Shown: positions 1 to 11,626 of the stretch, piece by piece | Layout: every line of letters starts with the position of its first letter | Numbering within the stretch: position 1 is the stretch's first letter | Assembly: GCF_009914755.1 (NCBI RefSeq) | Contig: NC_060939.1 | Origin: the human T2T-CHM13v2.0 reference genome, Homo sapiens | DNA length: 64,000 nt | Reading direction: 5' to 3' (one strand) | Notes under the pieces: model-generated | The model's input: the letters and a program-made list of their open reading frames with translations, nothing else | Told to the model about the DNA's origin: nothing | Database searches by the model: none | Position numbers and translations under genes: made by a program

Positions 1-309
1 TCTCTAGTCTAGTCTACTTCTGGCTCTTCCTAACACTATAATTTAAGCCTGCATTTGCTTATGGCTAAAGCCAAAGTGTACTCAGAGTTTTAATCATGGC
101 TCTGTAATTACTCTTAATTTAATCTTAATGTCCACTGGTATTTATTTATCATCCTGGTTAATGTGCAGAATTTTAAAGAATTCCTTAAATCTGTTTTGGA
201 ATACAAACCAGCACATATATACAGCATCCTATTTATGACTCTGATAAACTAGGCATGACTTTCCTTTGGTTACAATGGAGGTATTAAAATTTATTCATGA
301 GCTATTAAG

Positions 310-800
310 CCTACAAGTCATTGCCTATTCTACACTAGACATGGTGATATAAAAATGAAGACCCTTAGTTCTGTCAATGAAGCACTTACAGCACAGAAAC
401 GTAAGACAGATCTCTAAGCAAATATACCTAACAAGAAATTACAGTTGTGATAATTAAAATACTCACAGACATAGATGGACACAAAAAAACTGAGTGGCCA
501 GTTCCCCAGGGGAGTGTCAGGGTGAAGAAAGGCAATTCAGATTAAAAGTATTTTGGAAAAGCTGTGTGGAAGAGGTTGTGACCCTGGAGGGTTCTGGGAA
601 CTCCAGTCTCCATGACTGGAACTTACAGGGCAAAGGGTTTTTTTGGAAAGAAAAGGCTTGGAGAGAGTTGAGATCATGGCAGGCCTTGTCTGGTATAACG
701 ATAGTTTGAACTTTATCCTACAGTTAAAAGGGAGCCAATAAGCACTGGAGTAACATGACCAACTAGTTTGGTATAAAGAGGATTCAGTAACCATGGAAAC
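310..800 (-). mobile_element. L2 LINE fragment (decayed)
   Basis: L2-like tracts such as gagatcatggcaggccttgtctgg...tttgaactttatcctacag...gggagccaat; boundaries approximate. Confidence 0.55.
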
Positions 801-2289
801 TAGACAAAAGCAAAAAGAGCAGCTTGAAACTACCCCAAGAGTTCAGACAAGGGACTTCGCTCCTTCAGCTTGGGGCTGTGGTCAGAATAAAGTGATTACT
901 AGTAACAAAGTGCTCCAATTCCCTCTGAAAGTAGAATGCAGAGCCAGATTAAAAAAATAATAATTTTGTCATATAAACAAAGAACCACTCTAGATCACTT
1001 GATGCATTTTCTAAGTTTGAACACAGCAGTGAAATTTGGGGCCTTGATTGCACAGCCTAGGGCCAAACCAGTGCTTAATTTGAGGTCATCATATGACATG
1101 ATAAGACAGTGCTAGAAAACAATTTGTTCATTACTTTCCCCTACAAAAACTCAAAGCATTAATTTTGCATGTGATAAAAATGAGCTCTTTGAAAAGGTAT
1201 AAAAATTAACTACTAAGTGACATGGACAACAGGTGTTCATCCAAGCATTTCCCTTTGTGTGCCTAGGCCATAAGAGTGTCTGTTGCTTGCATCCTTGGGA
1301 GTCTGGAAGGATAAAATCATCAGTGCGATGAAACAATTTCCCTGAAGAAGGGCATGAAAGGTCACCAGCACTTGGTTCTATCCGAGAGCCCTGATCCATT
1401 GGCCTATGGAACTTGCTAATTCTCAGAACCACAATGACAAAAATCATAGTTGTTACTGGTATTCTCTTGTCCCTTTGAGTCCTCAATCTCAATATATTAA
1501 ACCACCAGATGAAGTAGTCGGGTAAGTAATCCTTTTGGCCTAAAACATAGGAAGGAAAAGCCAAAAACTATTTTTGTGTTCCTGAATTGATCTGGGACAA
1601 CAGAATCAGCTCAGAAAACAGCGAGAATTAGCAGAGAATAGATTTGTTCTCAGTGATATTGATTCATCGCAAACTTTACACTAATTTCCACGTGGTTTCT
1701 TTTGGCCCAGTTGCCCTGGGGCTTTGTCTCCATTACTTGTGATAAACCCATAATGTGCCAATGCAAATTTATTAACTCACAAAGTATTCTACAGAGTATA
1801 AAAATGCAAAACAGCACTGATATAAATCAGGAATAGCAGCAGGCAATAACATACCCAATCTGTGAGGTGTGTATTATTTTCCTTAAGAGAAAGATTATAC
1901 TCAAGGAAGATTATTTATAGTTTCCTTTTGAATGATGTTAAAAAATATTCAGAAAGCCAAATTAAACTTGCATAAGTGATTCAGTGATTTTCATTTCAAC
2001 AGATACGTATTGCCTTCGTTCACAAAGTTGGCTCTTGATTGTCAGGCAGTTAAACCCAATGAGCAAAAACATGAACATCCTTTGTTTTGAAGACCAAGCC
2101 TAGTTTAGCTCCATTTGGTGTCCAATCCAGGTTTTTTAGATATGTGTAGAAGTGCAAGATTTTCGAATCAGAAGGTTATGTAAAGTCCTTCTATGAGAGC
2201 ACCAATACAAATGTTAAATACACTCAACAACCATATTTTTATACCCAAGCCTTCAGAAGTACCAGCATAAAAGAATTAAGATATAAGAA

Positions 2290-2600
2290 TGAGAATATTT
2301 ATTACAGTTGGTAATGGTTTCAAATTAGAAATAATCTAAACGTCCTACTATACAGAAATGGATAAACATATATTTGGTATGAGTTAGATGTACAGATCTG
2401 GAAAGAGGCCAATTCTTAAGTAAATAAAAGAAAGTCATACAACAATAACTATAGATTAATTTTTGTTTAAAAAGGGAAAAGTGTTAGTACTGGTTAACTC
2501 TAGTGGTGGATGTGTGAAACTTTGGGCTTTTACTTAATATAATTCTATGTTGTTTGATTTTTTTTAGAAAAAATAAAGTACTATTCTTGTAATTTTAAAA
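2290..2600 (+). mobile_element. Old L1M (L1ME/L1MC-type) 3' fragment
   Basis: aataatctaaacgtcctacta...gaaatggataaac and tactggttaactctagtggtgg resemble old L1 3' ends. Confidence 0.5.
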
Positions 2601-4639
2601 CAAACAAACAAAAGACAGTTATCAAATTCATTTTCCTGCCTTTAATACATATATCACCTAAACACATAATCTTCCTGGTACCTTTCAGACATTTTTAAAT
2701 TTAGCTCTGGGAATTTCAGCTGATACAAATAAAAATTTCTGATAACATCTAAGAGATATGACATCACATGACTAGGACTTTAAAATGATTTGCATAAATC
2801 TCTGTGGATTAAAAATACTTTCACACAGCTCTAGTGCCAAACAAGTCAATGGAATTTTAAGATCTTCCTTAGGTGTGGTTTAATTTCCCTTCATAACTCT
2901 TCTTCCCAGCTCCCACCATCCCTCTTTTATAAATAGATAAACTATGAATGTGGAACAAGTAGGAATTTCTGTAGGAGGTGGACAGTAAGTGTTGGTAATT
3001 GCAAACATACATTCAGAAATGGCTCAGTATATTTAGGCATCTTATCATGAGTATATCATTTTTTAGAGCAAACATTTTCTCCACCTTCTGTGCATATCAG
3101 TACACACACCAAAATCTAAAAGGAGTCTTTCAATTTCACAGCCAACTGAATTTGCTTAAACTGTTGACTAAAAAAAATGCTGGAAAAATAATAGGCTTCA
3201 TCTGTAGGTAATGAGAGATTAATTTATACAGCTGCCTCGTAAAGTTCAGATACATCAATGAAAAAAATCCAATTCGCTAAGTGAATAACTTAAAACTTTG
3301 CAAGTTTTAAGCATTATCTAGATGCAAAGTCTCTACTTTTACCATTTTGTATATTGCCAAATTAATAAAAAATTATAAAACTTATTTTTTCAACATCTTG
3401 TAAGTCTGTACACGTGAAAAAATAAAATCTTTACCTTTCGCTCTGTTTATCTTTTCTAGAGTCATAAATATTCTTGCTCTAAGAATCCTCAATTTTTTTT
3501 GAAAGTAGGAATATTGAACATATAAAAGAAGAAAAAGAGCCTATCACAAGGAAAACTGTAGTACATTAAAACTAGTTGGAACTTTGAAAACAGATTGTGA
3601 AATAAATCTTCAATATTATGTTCTTCTTACCCCTTTACATTTTGATTTTTTTTTGTCTTTTTGAGACAATAATACATCCAAGTTTCCAGGTAAGTGTCAA
3701 AAGCTTAGCAATCACCAAATGTTTTACAGACCCAGATATCCCTCATGCCTATAGTAAGTGCAAAGGGCATATTGCATTTTTTCCTAAATAGCTTACCATA
3801 AATTGTCTCAGAGATTGTCAATCTGGATATTGCTAAGATATTTAAAGAATCTTTCATCTGAGACCTATTATGTTGAAATTAAGAGTCATTTCCAAGTCAG
3901 AAGTCAGAGGTCATCTCTAAAACAGTCACATATATCTGTTTTTAAAGAAGTTAATTTAAGGTTAAGAAAAATTAGAATTCCATTTATTAAGCACAGGAGT
4001 CCACAAACCAGTGAATTGCCATTGATTGGTAATTTAACTGGAAAGCATCATTTTACACTAAAATCACCAATAGAGTGTGGTATTACCAGGAATCAAAGAC
4101 AAAAAGAGTTTCAAGGAACCCACCATTAAATCCAACTATTTTGCTTTACAGATGAGGAAACTGAAATCCAGAATGTATTTGATTTAACTTCTTAGAGCCC
4201 TGCAAAACAGTTTTTCATAAATATGTATTACAACAAGTGATATCTTTTAATGTTATGTTTTTACATTTTTTCTGAAAATTTAACTTTCTTTATAATTAGA
4301 ATCAATTATACTAGCAAAAATTCAATACGTGAGCCTCAAAGTCTTCTCATTATGTCTTCCACATATTAAAGTGGAAGTAACCAGAAGGCTTTGGAAATTC
4401 AGGTCTGAAGCTCTCCAGGGCTGGAGGTGGAAAAAAAGGAATCAAATGCTTATGAATGGTTGTTAAAACCATAGTACATTTAAGATAATCTGGTAGGAGT
4501 AAATAGAGTGAGAAGCAAGCCAAGCTGCAGATCACAACCTCCAAAATATTTTGATCACTTAACTCCTCAGTTTAAAAAAAATTTGAGGATGCACCATCAG
4601 TATACTGTATTTATGTACTTTTATATTACACTTGATCTT

Positions 4640-4750
4640 CAGCAGGCTACATAACTTCTCTGGACTTCAGTACTTACCTTACAGGATATAGTAAGGATTA
4701 AATAACCTAACATAAGCCTAGTATCTAGTAAAACTCCAATTAATGTAAGT
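4640..4750 (+). mobile_element. MIR SINE fragment
   Basis: ataacttctctggacttcagt...gtaaggattaaataac...ctccaattaatg. Confidence 0.5.
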
Positions 4751-5027
4751 TGTTTATACATACACACATCATATGCATATAACATACATAGGCTGTACTA
4801 ATATACTCATAATAAGCCCATAAAACTAAACGTTTGATAAAGATCAGCTAGAAATTAAATGTAAACATAATTTCTAATATGTTGTAATACATATGTTCTA
4901 ATATACTTCTTCTCATGTTTCAATAGATTATCTTGTAGAACTCCATGGGACACATCCACTCCAATTTGCAAACCCCTTTTTCAGAGAACTTCTCTTTCAA
5001 GGGTAAGCTATCAAGAAATCCAAGGCT

Positions 5028-5217
5028 CAGTGATGTGCTGGAGTCAACTGGCACCAGATAAAGACAACTGTTCATTCAGTGATGTCACACTGAATGGACC
5101 ACGAAATTGACCATGGTGAGAGTATTTACACCAAAGAAGTCAGAAAACATTCTATGTCAGAGGTTTCTTTTTCCTCTCCAGAAAAATGGTTATTAGATAT
5201 TCACCAGCACATCACTG
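5028..5217. mobile_element. hAT-type MITE, MER63A-like
   Basis: Perfect 14-bp terminal inverted repeats CAGTGATGTGCTGG / CCAGCACATCACTG, 190 bp long; internal ggtgagagtatttacacc motif. Confidence 0.8.
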
Positions 5218-5318
5218 TCAGCAGTTCAGAAGTAGGAAAAGAATGAAGAAAAAGTATTATGAAGTCAAAAGGCCAAAAATAAAACAGAATGAGAAGGCTA
5301 GGTAGTCAGACATGTCCA

Positions 5319-5407
5319 TTGGGAGGCCAAGGCAGGAGGATCACTTGAACCCAGGAGTTCGAGACCATCCTGGGCAATATAGTGAAACCCCATCACTACC
5401 AAAACAA
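5319..5407 (+). mobile_element. Alu left-monomer fragment (FLAM/AluJ-like)
   Basis: ttgggaggccaaggcaggaggatcacttgaacccaggagttcgagacc...gtgaaacccc. Confidence 0.85.
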
Positions 5408-6295
5408 TTGTCAAAAACTGTGTATGTGTGTCTGGATTGAACAATTAGGCCAAAGTGGCTGGGTAGAAGCAGATAACTGTGGGTGGGACAGTGAGAAGCT
5501 AGGAAGAAAAACAGTCAGTGAGGGAAGGAAGTGCAGTGCAGCCACAGGCCTGGGGAGAGAGCTGAATCATGGAAGTGGTGGGGATAGAAGTGGATAAAGA
5601 AGCCACAGCTTATGGAGAAAGTGGGACACAGGTTGAGAGAAGCCTGGATAAATCCTAGAGCCCTACAAAACAGTAGGCCAAAGAAGACACACAGCACCTG
5701 TTGGGGGGAGGCACTGTTACAGTGGTGTGCAGAGAGGGTGAGCAAGTTTCTGTGACAGGTGAGTACAGGAAGGCAGGAGGGCCACTTAGAGGGTGCAGGC
5801 TGAACTGAGCAGGCAGAAGTTAGAAAACATTGTAAGGGGGAACTAAAGTGACCCAGAGAATGGGAAATAGGAAAGCAGGAAGAGAAAGCACTCAAATTTG
5901 ACACTTCTCACTGGATATGAATCGGTTAAAAGGAATTTATTATACGATATTCTAAGACATCTATTTCTATCTACCTTTTTTAAAAAACTAGAATTTCATT
6001 AAAAGCAATGATGCTTAATCCTCTGAACACGGTAACCCAACCAGTATTTCCATGTGGTTAAATTCTTCTATTATGTTTTATTGAAGAGAAAAAATTTACT
6101 CTGATCGGGTTATTTTTACACACAAAGTTTAAATATTTGATTAGAAACTACACTGAAAACTGAACATCTCACTGTGTGTTTAATACTCACAAATTCACTC
6201 GACCTGAGAGATGGCTGAAAGCCCGGGCGTAATATTGGGCTGATACCTTTGTAACTGGGACAAAATCACCCCGGATAAATACATCTGCCACTTAC

Positions 6296-6315
6296 AGTTG
6301 AAGACAAGTCTTCAT
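6296..6315 (-). other. Candidate 3' end of an alternative first exon (ATG AAG ACT TGT CTT CAA CT | GTAAGT)
   Basis: Minus-strand donor GTAAGT begins at 6295; ATG at 6315; unique sequence. No expression evidence. Confidence 0.2.
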
Positions 6316-7289
6316 TTAATTGAGTTTACAGTTTTGTTTTCTCTTTTTATTACTTCTCTTAACCTAATGCTCACTTTCTATGCCCCTAGAAGAGGGACAG
6401 GGAAAGGCCAGGTGAAAAATAAACTTCCACCAGCAATATTTGCAGAGCTGTTTCTGGTAAACAGTCAAACTCACCAGGCTCTTATATCATCATTTATTTG
6501 CACTTGTCTTTTAACATGGCTTTTTGCGCTGTCATGGGCAGTTCTTAATTTCCATCAATAACCTTTCATTTCAAGCATGGCTAGTTTGCATTATGAATGT
6601 GAGAAGTGAGAACCATCCTTTAGGAAGCTGGAAATTGAGGACTATACCATAGGAGGATAATTTAGAGTTTGGGCTAAACTCAACTATCATAGGCCAGGTA
6701 GGGCCCAATCTGTAAATTGGGTTGGTTTGGGTCACCTCACTGGCATAAGAGCCCTGAAGTTTAATGGAACCGTCACTAGGAGAAGTTACAATGATGGTAC
6801 CTTGTCCACCGGGGGCAGCTTTTGTTCTCGGTCACATTGTATGTATGTGATTCATGCTGTTAATAACCCATCCAGAGTTAACTAGACTCGCTGAGAAATT
6901 AAAGATTAAAACTGATTAAAACTTATTAAAACTGTAGCAACTACCTTGCTGCCTTATGAGGAAATTACATTCACTCTAGAAAAAACCCTGCCTGGCTTCC
7001 AAACTGCTATAAGTCCGAATAAGATCTGAAAAGCACAAGGGAGTTATAAAGAAAATATTAGTTCTGATTTTTTTTGCAAGAGGCTAGAAGAAACTTAGAT
7101 TTGGCAGAGAGCAGAGGGGAATGGCACAGAAATTGTGTTCAAATATATCTAGACAAAATAATACACAAATTGATCTGATGGCTTTGTAACTTCAATAATG
7201 GGTATCACCTAGACTGAACACTTCTTAGAACATAGTAGACATTCAATATATACTTTCTAAATAACTATCTGCCTGACTAACTCACTGAC

Positions 7290-7438
7290 TGAGTCAGACT
7301 TTAGAAATGTTGCCCTTCAGAACTCTGGGTAAAAACCAAGTTCAAAAATTATGACTCAACCTGGAGAACATATCAATTACTGCCAATTAATCAAGAAGTG
7401 GCAAGAGTGCAAAGTGTCACCTGATTAAAAATGAGTCA
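7290..7438. promoter_or_regulatory. Cluster of three AP-1 consensus sites
   Basis: TGAGTCA 7290-7296, TGACTCA 7352-7358, TGAGTCA 7432-7438. Confidence 0.4.
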
Positions 7439-8531
7439 ATACTAACTGTCAATAACAGAAAAAGACATGTAATAAAGCAAATGGGTTTGGGGGAGTTACT
7501 GGTACTTCTTCAGTTCATGGTAAGCATGATACATTTATTCTTCTCCTTTAAAAGACCAATTACATAAGACTGCATTACTTTCCATTCTCTGTGGTCCCAA
7601 ATTAATCATTTTGCATGAGTAGCTTCTCAAAATCATATGCTAGTTTTCAGAAGAGAAACAAAAATTGACTAGAAACAGATTCTCTCTTTCATTTGTTACT
7701 CAAATTAGTTTGGTTCAATGCTGTTTAGCATATGCAGTAGGTTTAACCAGCGGAATCACGACTCTGCCAGGACCACCTCAATGACATTTCATGGTAGCTA
7801 ACTAGAAGCTCTCTAGGACATGCCTAACACCAAGATACAGGGGGAAGAGGCTGTATGTGCCCAGAGATTCCAAAAACAATCTTGTTACAATCTTAGGTAA
7901 GCATCTCTTAGCATCTAATCTAACAGCTTAACTAAGAAATTATTAACATTCAGTTCACAGATATTTTCAGCACCTTCTATTTGGTGGAGTCAGTCCCTTT
8001 CAAACCACTGATTTTACACAGTCACAGAAATTTGTTATTGCGATTGTCTTCTCGGGACTGGGACAAATTATGCAAGAACATGACCTACAGGGTAACGGAC
8101 AACATTTACTTGAATTCGTCTGGAAGTGTGTAAAGTCAGAAGGCATCACAGATAACCCAGTGAACTGAGGCACGTTGAAAGAACAATGGAGGGTGGCAGG
8201 AAGACCTGAATGATCACCTATGAAGAACCAAGATCGTAGTCATGAACAGCCGGAAAAAAATCCAAAGCAGAAAACAAGCAATGCTTTCGGAAGCTGGGGA
8301 AATGGAAATGGTGTGGCAGTGTGAAGGGAGGAATAATAGGGCGAAGGATCAGATCGAAGGCCAAAAATTCAGAACTCCAACAGGAACTGAAATCCCCTTT
8401 TACGTATGGGCTGGTGCAAGGAGAATATAGGACAACACAAAAGACTTAGATCATTAGAACCTTGCCCATCAAAATCCCTTGCCATTTCGCCAAATAGATG
8501 ACTGTGGCAGATTTCCGGGGCATGTTTGCTT

Positions 8532-8556
8532 TGGGACCCTGGGACCCTGGGACCCT
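8532..8556. repeat. (TGGGACCC)3 tandem repeat
   Basis: Three perfect 8-bp units read directly. Confidence 0.9.
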
Positions 8557-9824
8557 TAGATCTTAATTTTCTATATTTATTACTAGTCCTTCTCAGAGTT
8601 TAAAATGAGTAGCATCTCTTAAGAACCGAGGCCTACCACCTTTTTAAAAATCTACTACAATATTTTAATAGATCTAAGCAGAGAGGGATAAGTAATGTAA
8701 CTTTGGTTAATACACTGGAAAGAGAAATCTGCACATCATTTTTGTTTTATTCTTCAGTTTTTCACTATCTTCTACTATATTTTAATATTTTGACTCGCAT
8801 GTTATTTTACATCCGGAATGGGAGATCCTGTCAAGATGTGTCAGTAAGACCCAGTTAATTCATTCAATTGCTATCATTAAGACAACATTGTTCTATACTA
8901 AGCAACAATTTGAAAACTATAAGAAAATATGAATTTTGTAGAAAAATGTAATTTATAGATTTTTAAATATGATACTTTATCATAAGCCACCAAATTCAAA
9001 GAGCTTATTATGCAAAACATATTTCGAGAGTTTATCAAAGTTCTCAGATCTAGGACAATTGATCATCCCTTATTTTGGCTTATCACATTTACTCCTTTTT
9101 CCTGATAGATAAGGTAAAGGAAATAACCAAGAACCACAAGAGTACTGTAGCTGCCATGTCATCACGGAAAGAATCACACTCAGGAAGTTCAATTGATGTG
9201 ACTATTTCAGTGGGCTTGGAGTTAGGATAGGAAGGAGAAGAACCAACAGACTTCTGCCCACTAAGGAATCAAGAGAAGAGGCAGAGAGACAATAGATCCA
9301 CGCAACCCAGAGTCCCTTCCTAGCACTTGAGTTGAACCAAAGAGAAGCAGGAAGTAAGGGCAACAGTCAATCCCTTCATCTCCCCCTTTCTCAAAGTCCC
9401 TTTTCCTCAAACCTTTTTCTTTCCTCAAAGCTGAACCACACTTTCATGCACCACTAGTTTTATCTCCTTGTATCTTCATTGTTTCATTCACCGTGAACAC
9501 TAACTCTGCTTTTTAAAATCCCTATCGAAATTCATTTTGTAAATGTCAATTCCAAGATTACTCCCAATATGAAAAAGTGAGGTGTCTTTTGTATTTAACT
9601 ACAGTAGGGTGAGGAAATTACAGCGGTGCTGAAATATTAGAGAAAAGATGTTATTAGCCCTAGTCATGGCATACTGAGAAATACATAGGAAGGGGATGTA
9701 TAACCAGCTACCAAAGAGTTACTTTATCATCACTTTCCTTTGCTCAAAAAACACAGACAAAGGTGACTTCATTACCACAAATATTTTTCTAGTCTTTTAT
9801 TTCTCTGGCTTCAAATCCTCTTAC

Positions 9825-9974
9825 TTGGCGTACTTATTGACCAGTCCGGGAAATGCAGAACAAGAGCTTGACAAGCTCAGCTTCTTTGATTTCTTTAGAA
9901 ATAAGTTGTCAGAACTTGCCATTGTTGAGCTAGCCTCACCTGCCCAAACATCAACTTAAATAAACTAACAGTAC
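9825..9974 (-). other. Candidate exon with two alternative donors (exon ends 9940 or 9825)
   Basis: Acceptor ttccttttgtttcag| before 9974; donors CAG|GTGAGG after 9940 and CAA|GTAAGA after 9825; ATG at 9922 (acaATGg) is open to the second donor (MASSDNLFLKKSKKLSLSSSCSAFPGLVNKYA). Confidence 0.35.
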
Positions 9975-10110
9975 CTGAAACAAAAGGAATTTCAACCATG
10001 AGTGTTAAATAAGCCCTGAAAATGGCAGACACTGATGTGTATTGTTGCTTAGTCTGAGCAAATATTGAAATGTTATTGTAAGCCTTCAGTTTAACTTTCA
10101 TTGTGCATAC

Positions 10111-10235
10111 CTGAGTGTCTCGTGTGGATGGGACAGAGCGGAGCCGGGGTAAAGGGGGCCCACACTCCTAAAAGCAGATGCTTTTCCTAATGGTGTGTTC
10201 TTACATTCACTACTCCTGCTCAGCCTGGTAATATA
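10111..10235 (-). other. Candidate upstream (5'UTR-like) exon
   Basis: Donor CAG|GTATGC after 10111; GC/CpG-richer body; would define a 136-nt intron to the 9974 acceptor. 5' boundary uncertain. Confidence 0.3.
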
Positions 10236-10239
10236 CTTG

Positions 10240-10273
10240 AAAAAAAATTAAAATGCAAAAAAAATTAAAATGC
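10240..10273. repeat. 17-bp tandem duplication (AAAAAAAATTAAAATGC)2
   Basis: Read directly. Confidence 0.9.
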
Positions 10274-10538
10274 CCAAACTTCTTTTGCTATCAGGTACTC
10301 CAAAAGCAATGTAAATTAGTGTCTGTTGTAAAGTTATGGAGAATGAGTTAAAGTCATTAATGTTAACACATTATTCACAAAATGTAATGCTTTTTCCAAA
10401 GTAGAAACTCAATCAATATAATGCAATAAATCAAACATGATTCAGTAGGGAAAGCGACCAGTTTCTAGTTCACTCTAAAGGGACTCGGGATAAGACAGCA
10501 GAACAGGTTACTGCTTAACACATTTTTCACATTTTTCA

Positions 10539-10548
10539 CTAAAAATAG
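10539..10548. promoter_or_regulatory. MEF2 consensus site
   Basis: CTAAAAATAG in unique sequence about 300 bp upstream of the candidate minus-strand exons. Confidence 0.35.
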
Positions 10549-11111
10549 ATAAAATGTCTAATTTCAGGCTCTGAACAGAATGTGTTTTAATGCAATTTCT
10601 TTGAAAATTTCTGTTTCTTGTGCACCTCTGAATATATACTCAATGTGAATTAATTATCACTGGTTCCTTAGCTTATATTTTAGTTACTGCAAAAAATAAA
10701 ACCTGTCCCGTTTGTCTCTTTACCAGAAAAGAGAAGGTAATACCTATATCATTAGCATGGTCTATGGCCCTAGAATCAATGTGACATGTGGAAAGTTTTT
10801 CTGTAAGACTGAGTTACAAAGAACCATGATGTCTTATGTGATTGTACCTCTGAGATCTGCGATAACATTTGCTCAGTTTCTTTTGTTTTTCCTGTTAACA
10901 TCTTCATTTCAGTGTTGCTGATAATTTTCTATTATTTCACCCTTCTTTATGTTTCTCGTGTATTTCCCTTTCAGTTAGTCCCGTCGAATTAACTGAAGAA
11001 TAAAACTATATAATATAGTCTTATTATAAGCAGAAGAAAATGAAGATGATCTGATGAGATACATCACTGAAGGTTAATAGCTTTTTTAAAATCAATCTTC
11101 CTTCAAAGGAA

Positions 11112-11270
11112 AAGGCTAAATGGCTTAGTGGATGAAATGCTAGCCTCTCACCTCTGAGACCACAGTTCAAATCTAAACTGTGAAGCCTTAAGCAACATCT
11201 TTGCTGGGCAGCTATCAGTCTCTAGTGGACACAAATCTGCACTGCATGAGTCTGAGACCACTGCAATAAC
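11112..11270 (+). mobile_element. Ancient tRNA-derived SINE head (AmnSINE2/LF-SINE-like)
   Basis: Pol III A box TGGCTTAGTGG 11121-11131, B box GTTCAAATC 11165-11173, with intervening agcctctcacctctg and downstream ctagtggaca resembling these families. Confidence 0.5.
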
Positions 11271-11596
11271 CCCCCCCCCACCCCCCACCATCCCTGTCAG
11301 CGGGCCTGATGTGTTTCTTGTTTCCAGTCCATCTTGTCCCTTAGGAAATGGTCCAGGTAGGAGTTAACATCACTGTCAGGAAACTGTGAGTGTTTTCAGA
11401 GCAGCTTCCTCAAATAGCACCAGTGCTGTGAAGTCACTGGAGGCTGCTACTTCCCGGTTCTGACCCTCAGCTGTCACCCAAATAACCTGACCTTCCCCTC
11501 CTATAAACAGAGTGACACCTTTTCCTGTCAATTAACAAACTAGGACAAACAGAATTGATCACTTGGCTATTCCAGACTGGCTAAGGACTCACTTAC

Positions 11597-11626
11597 CAGG
11601 TAGTGGTTACTCAGGTAGAGGGCAAA
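11597..11626 (-). other. Candidate 30-nt in-frame microexon (FALYLSNHYL)
   Basis: ttttaattactgcag|TTTGCCCTCTACCTGAGTAACCACTACCTG|gtaagtgagt; no other AG for about 90 nt upstream; only phase 0 is stop-free. Confidence 0.5.

Noticed and set aside
3435-3540. Minus-strand exon-like segment (donor AAG|GTAAAG, ...MTLEKINRAK)
   Set aside because: Only a moderate donor, low-complexity AT-rich body and no other support.
7990-8012. Loose resemblance to mature miR-133 (and to miR-135 at ~37185)
   Set aside because: Multiple mismatches and no complementary hairpin arm.
11112-11180. Possible tRNA gene
   Set aside because: Has A/B boxes but no acceptor stem or cloverleaf that I can fold; better explained as a SINE head.
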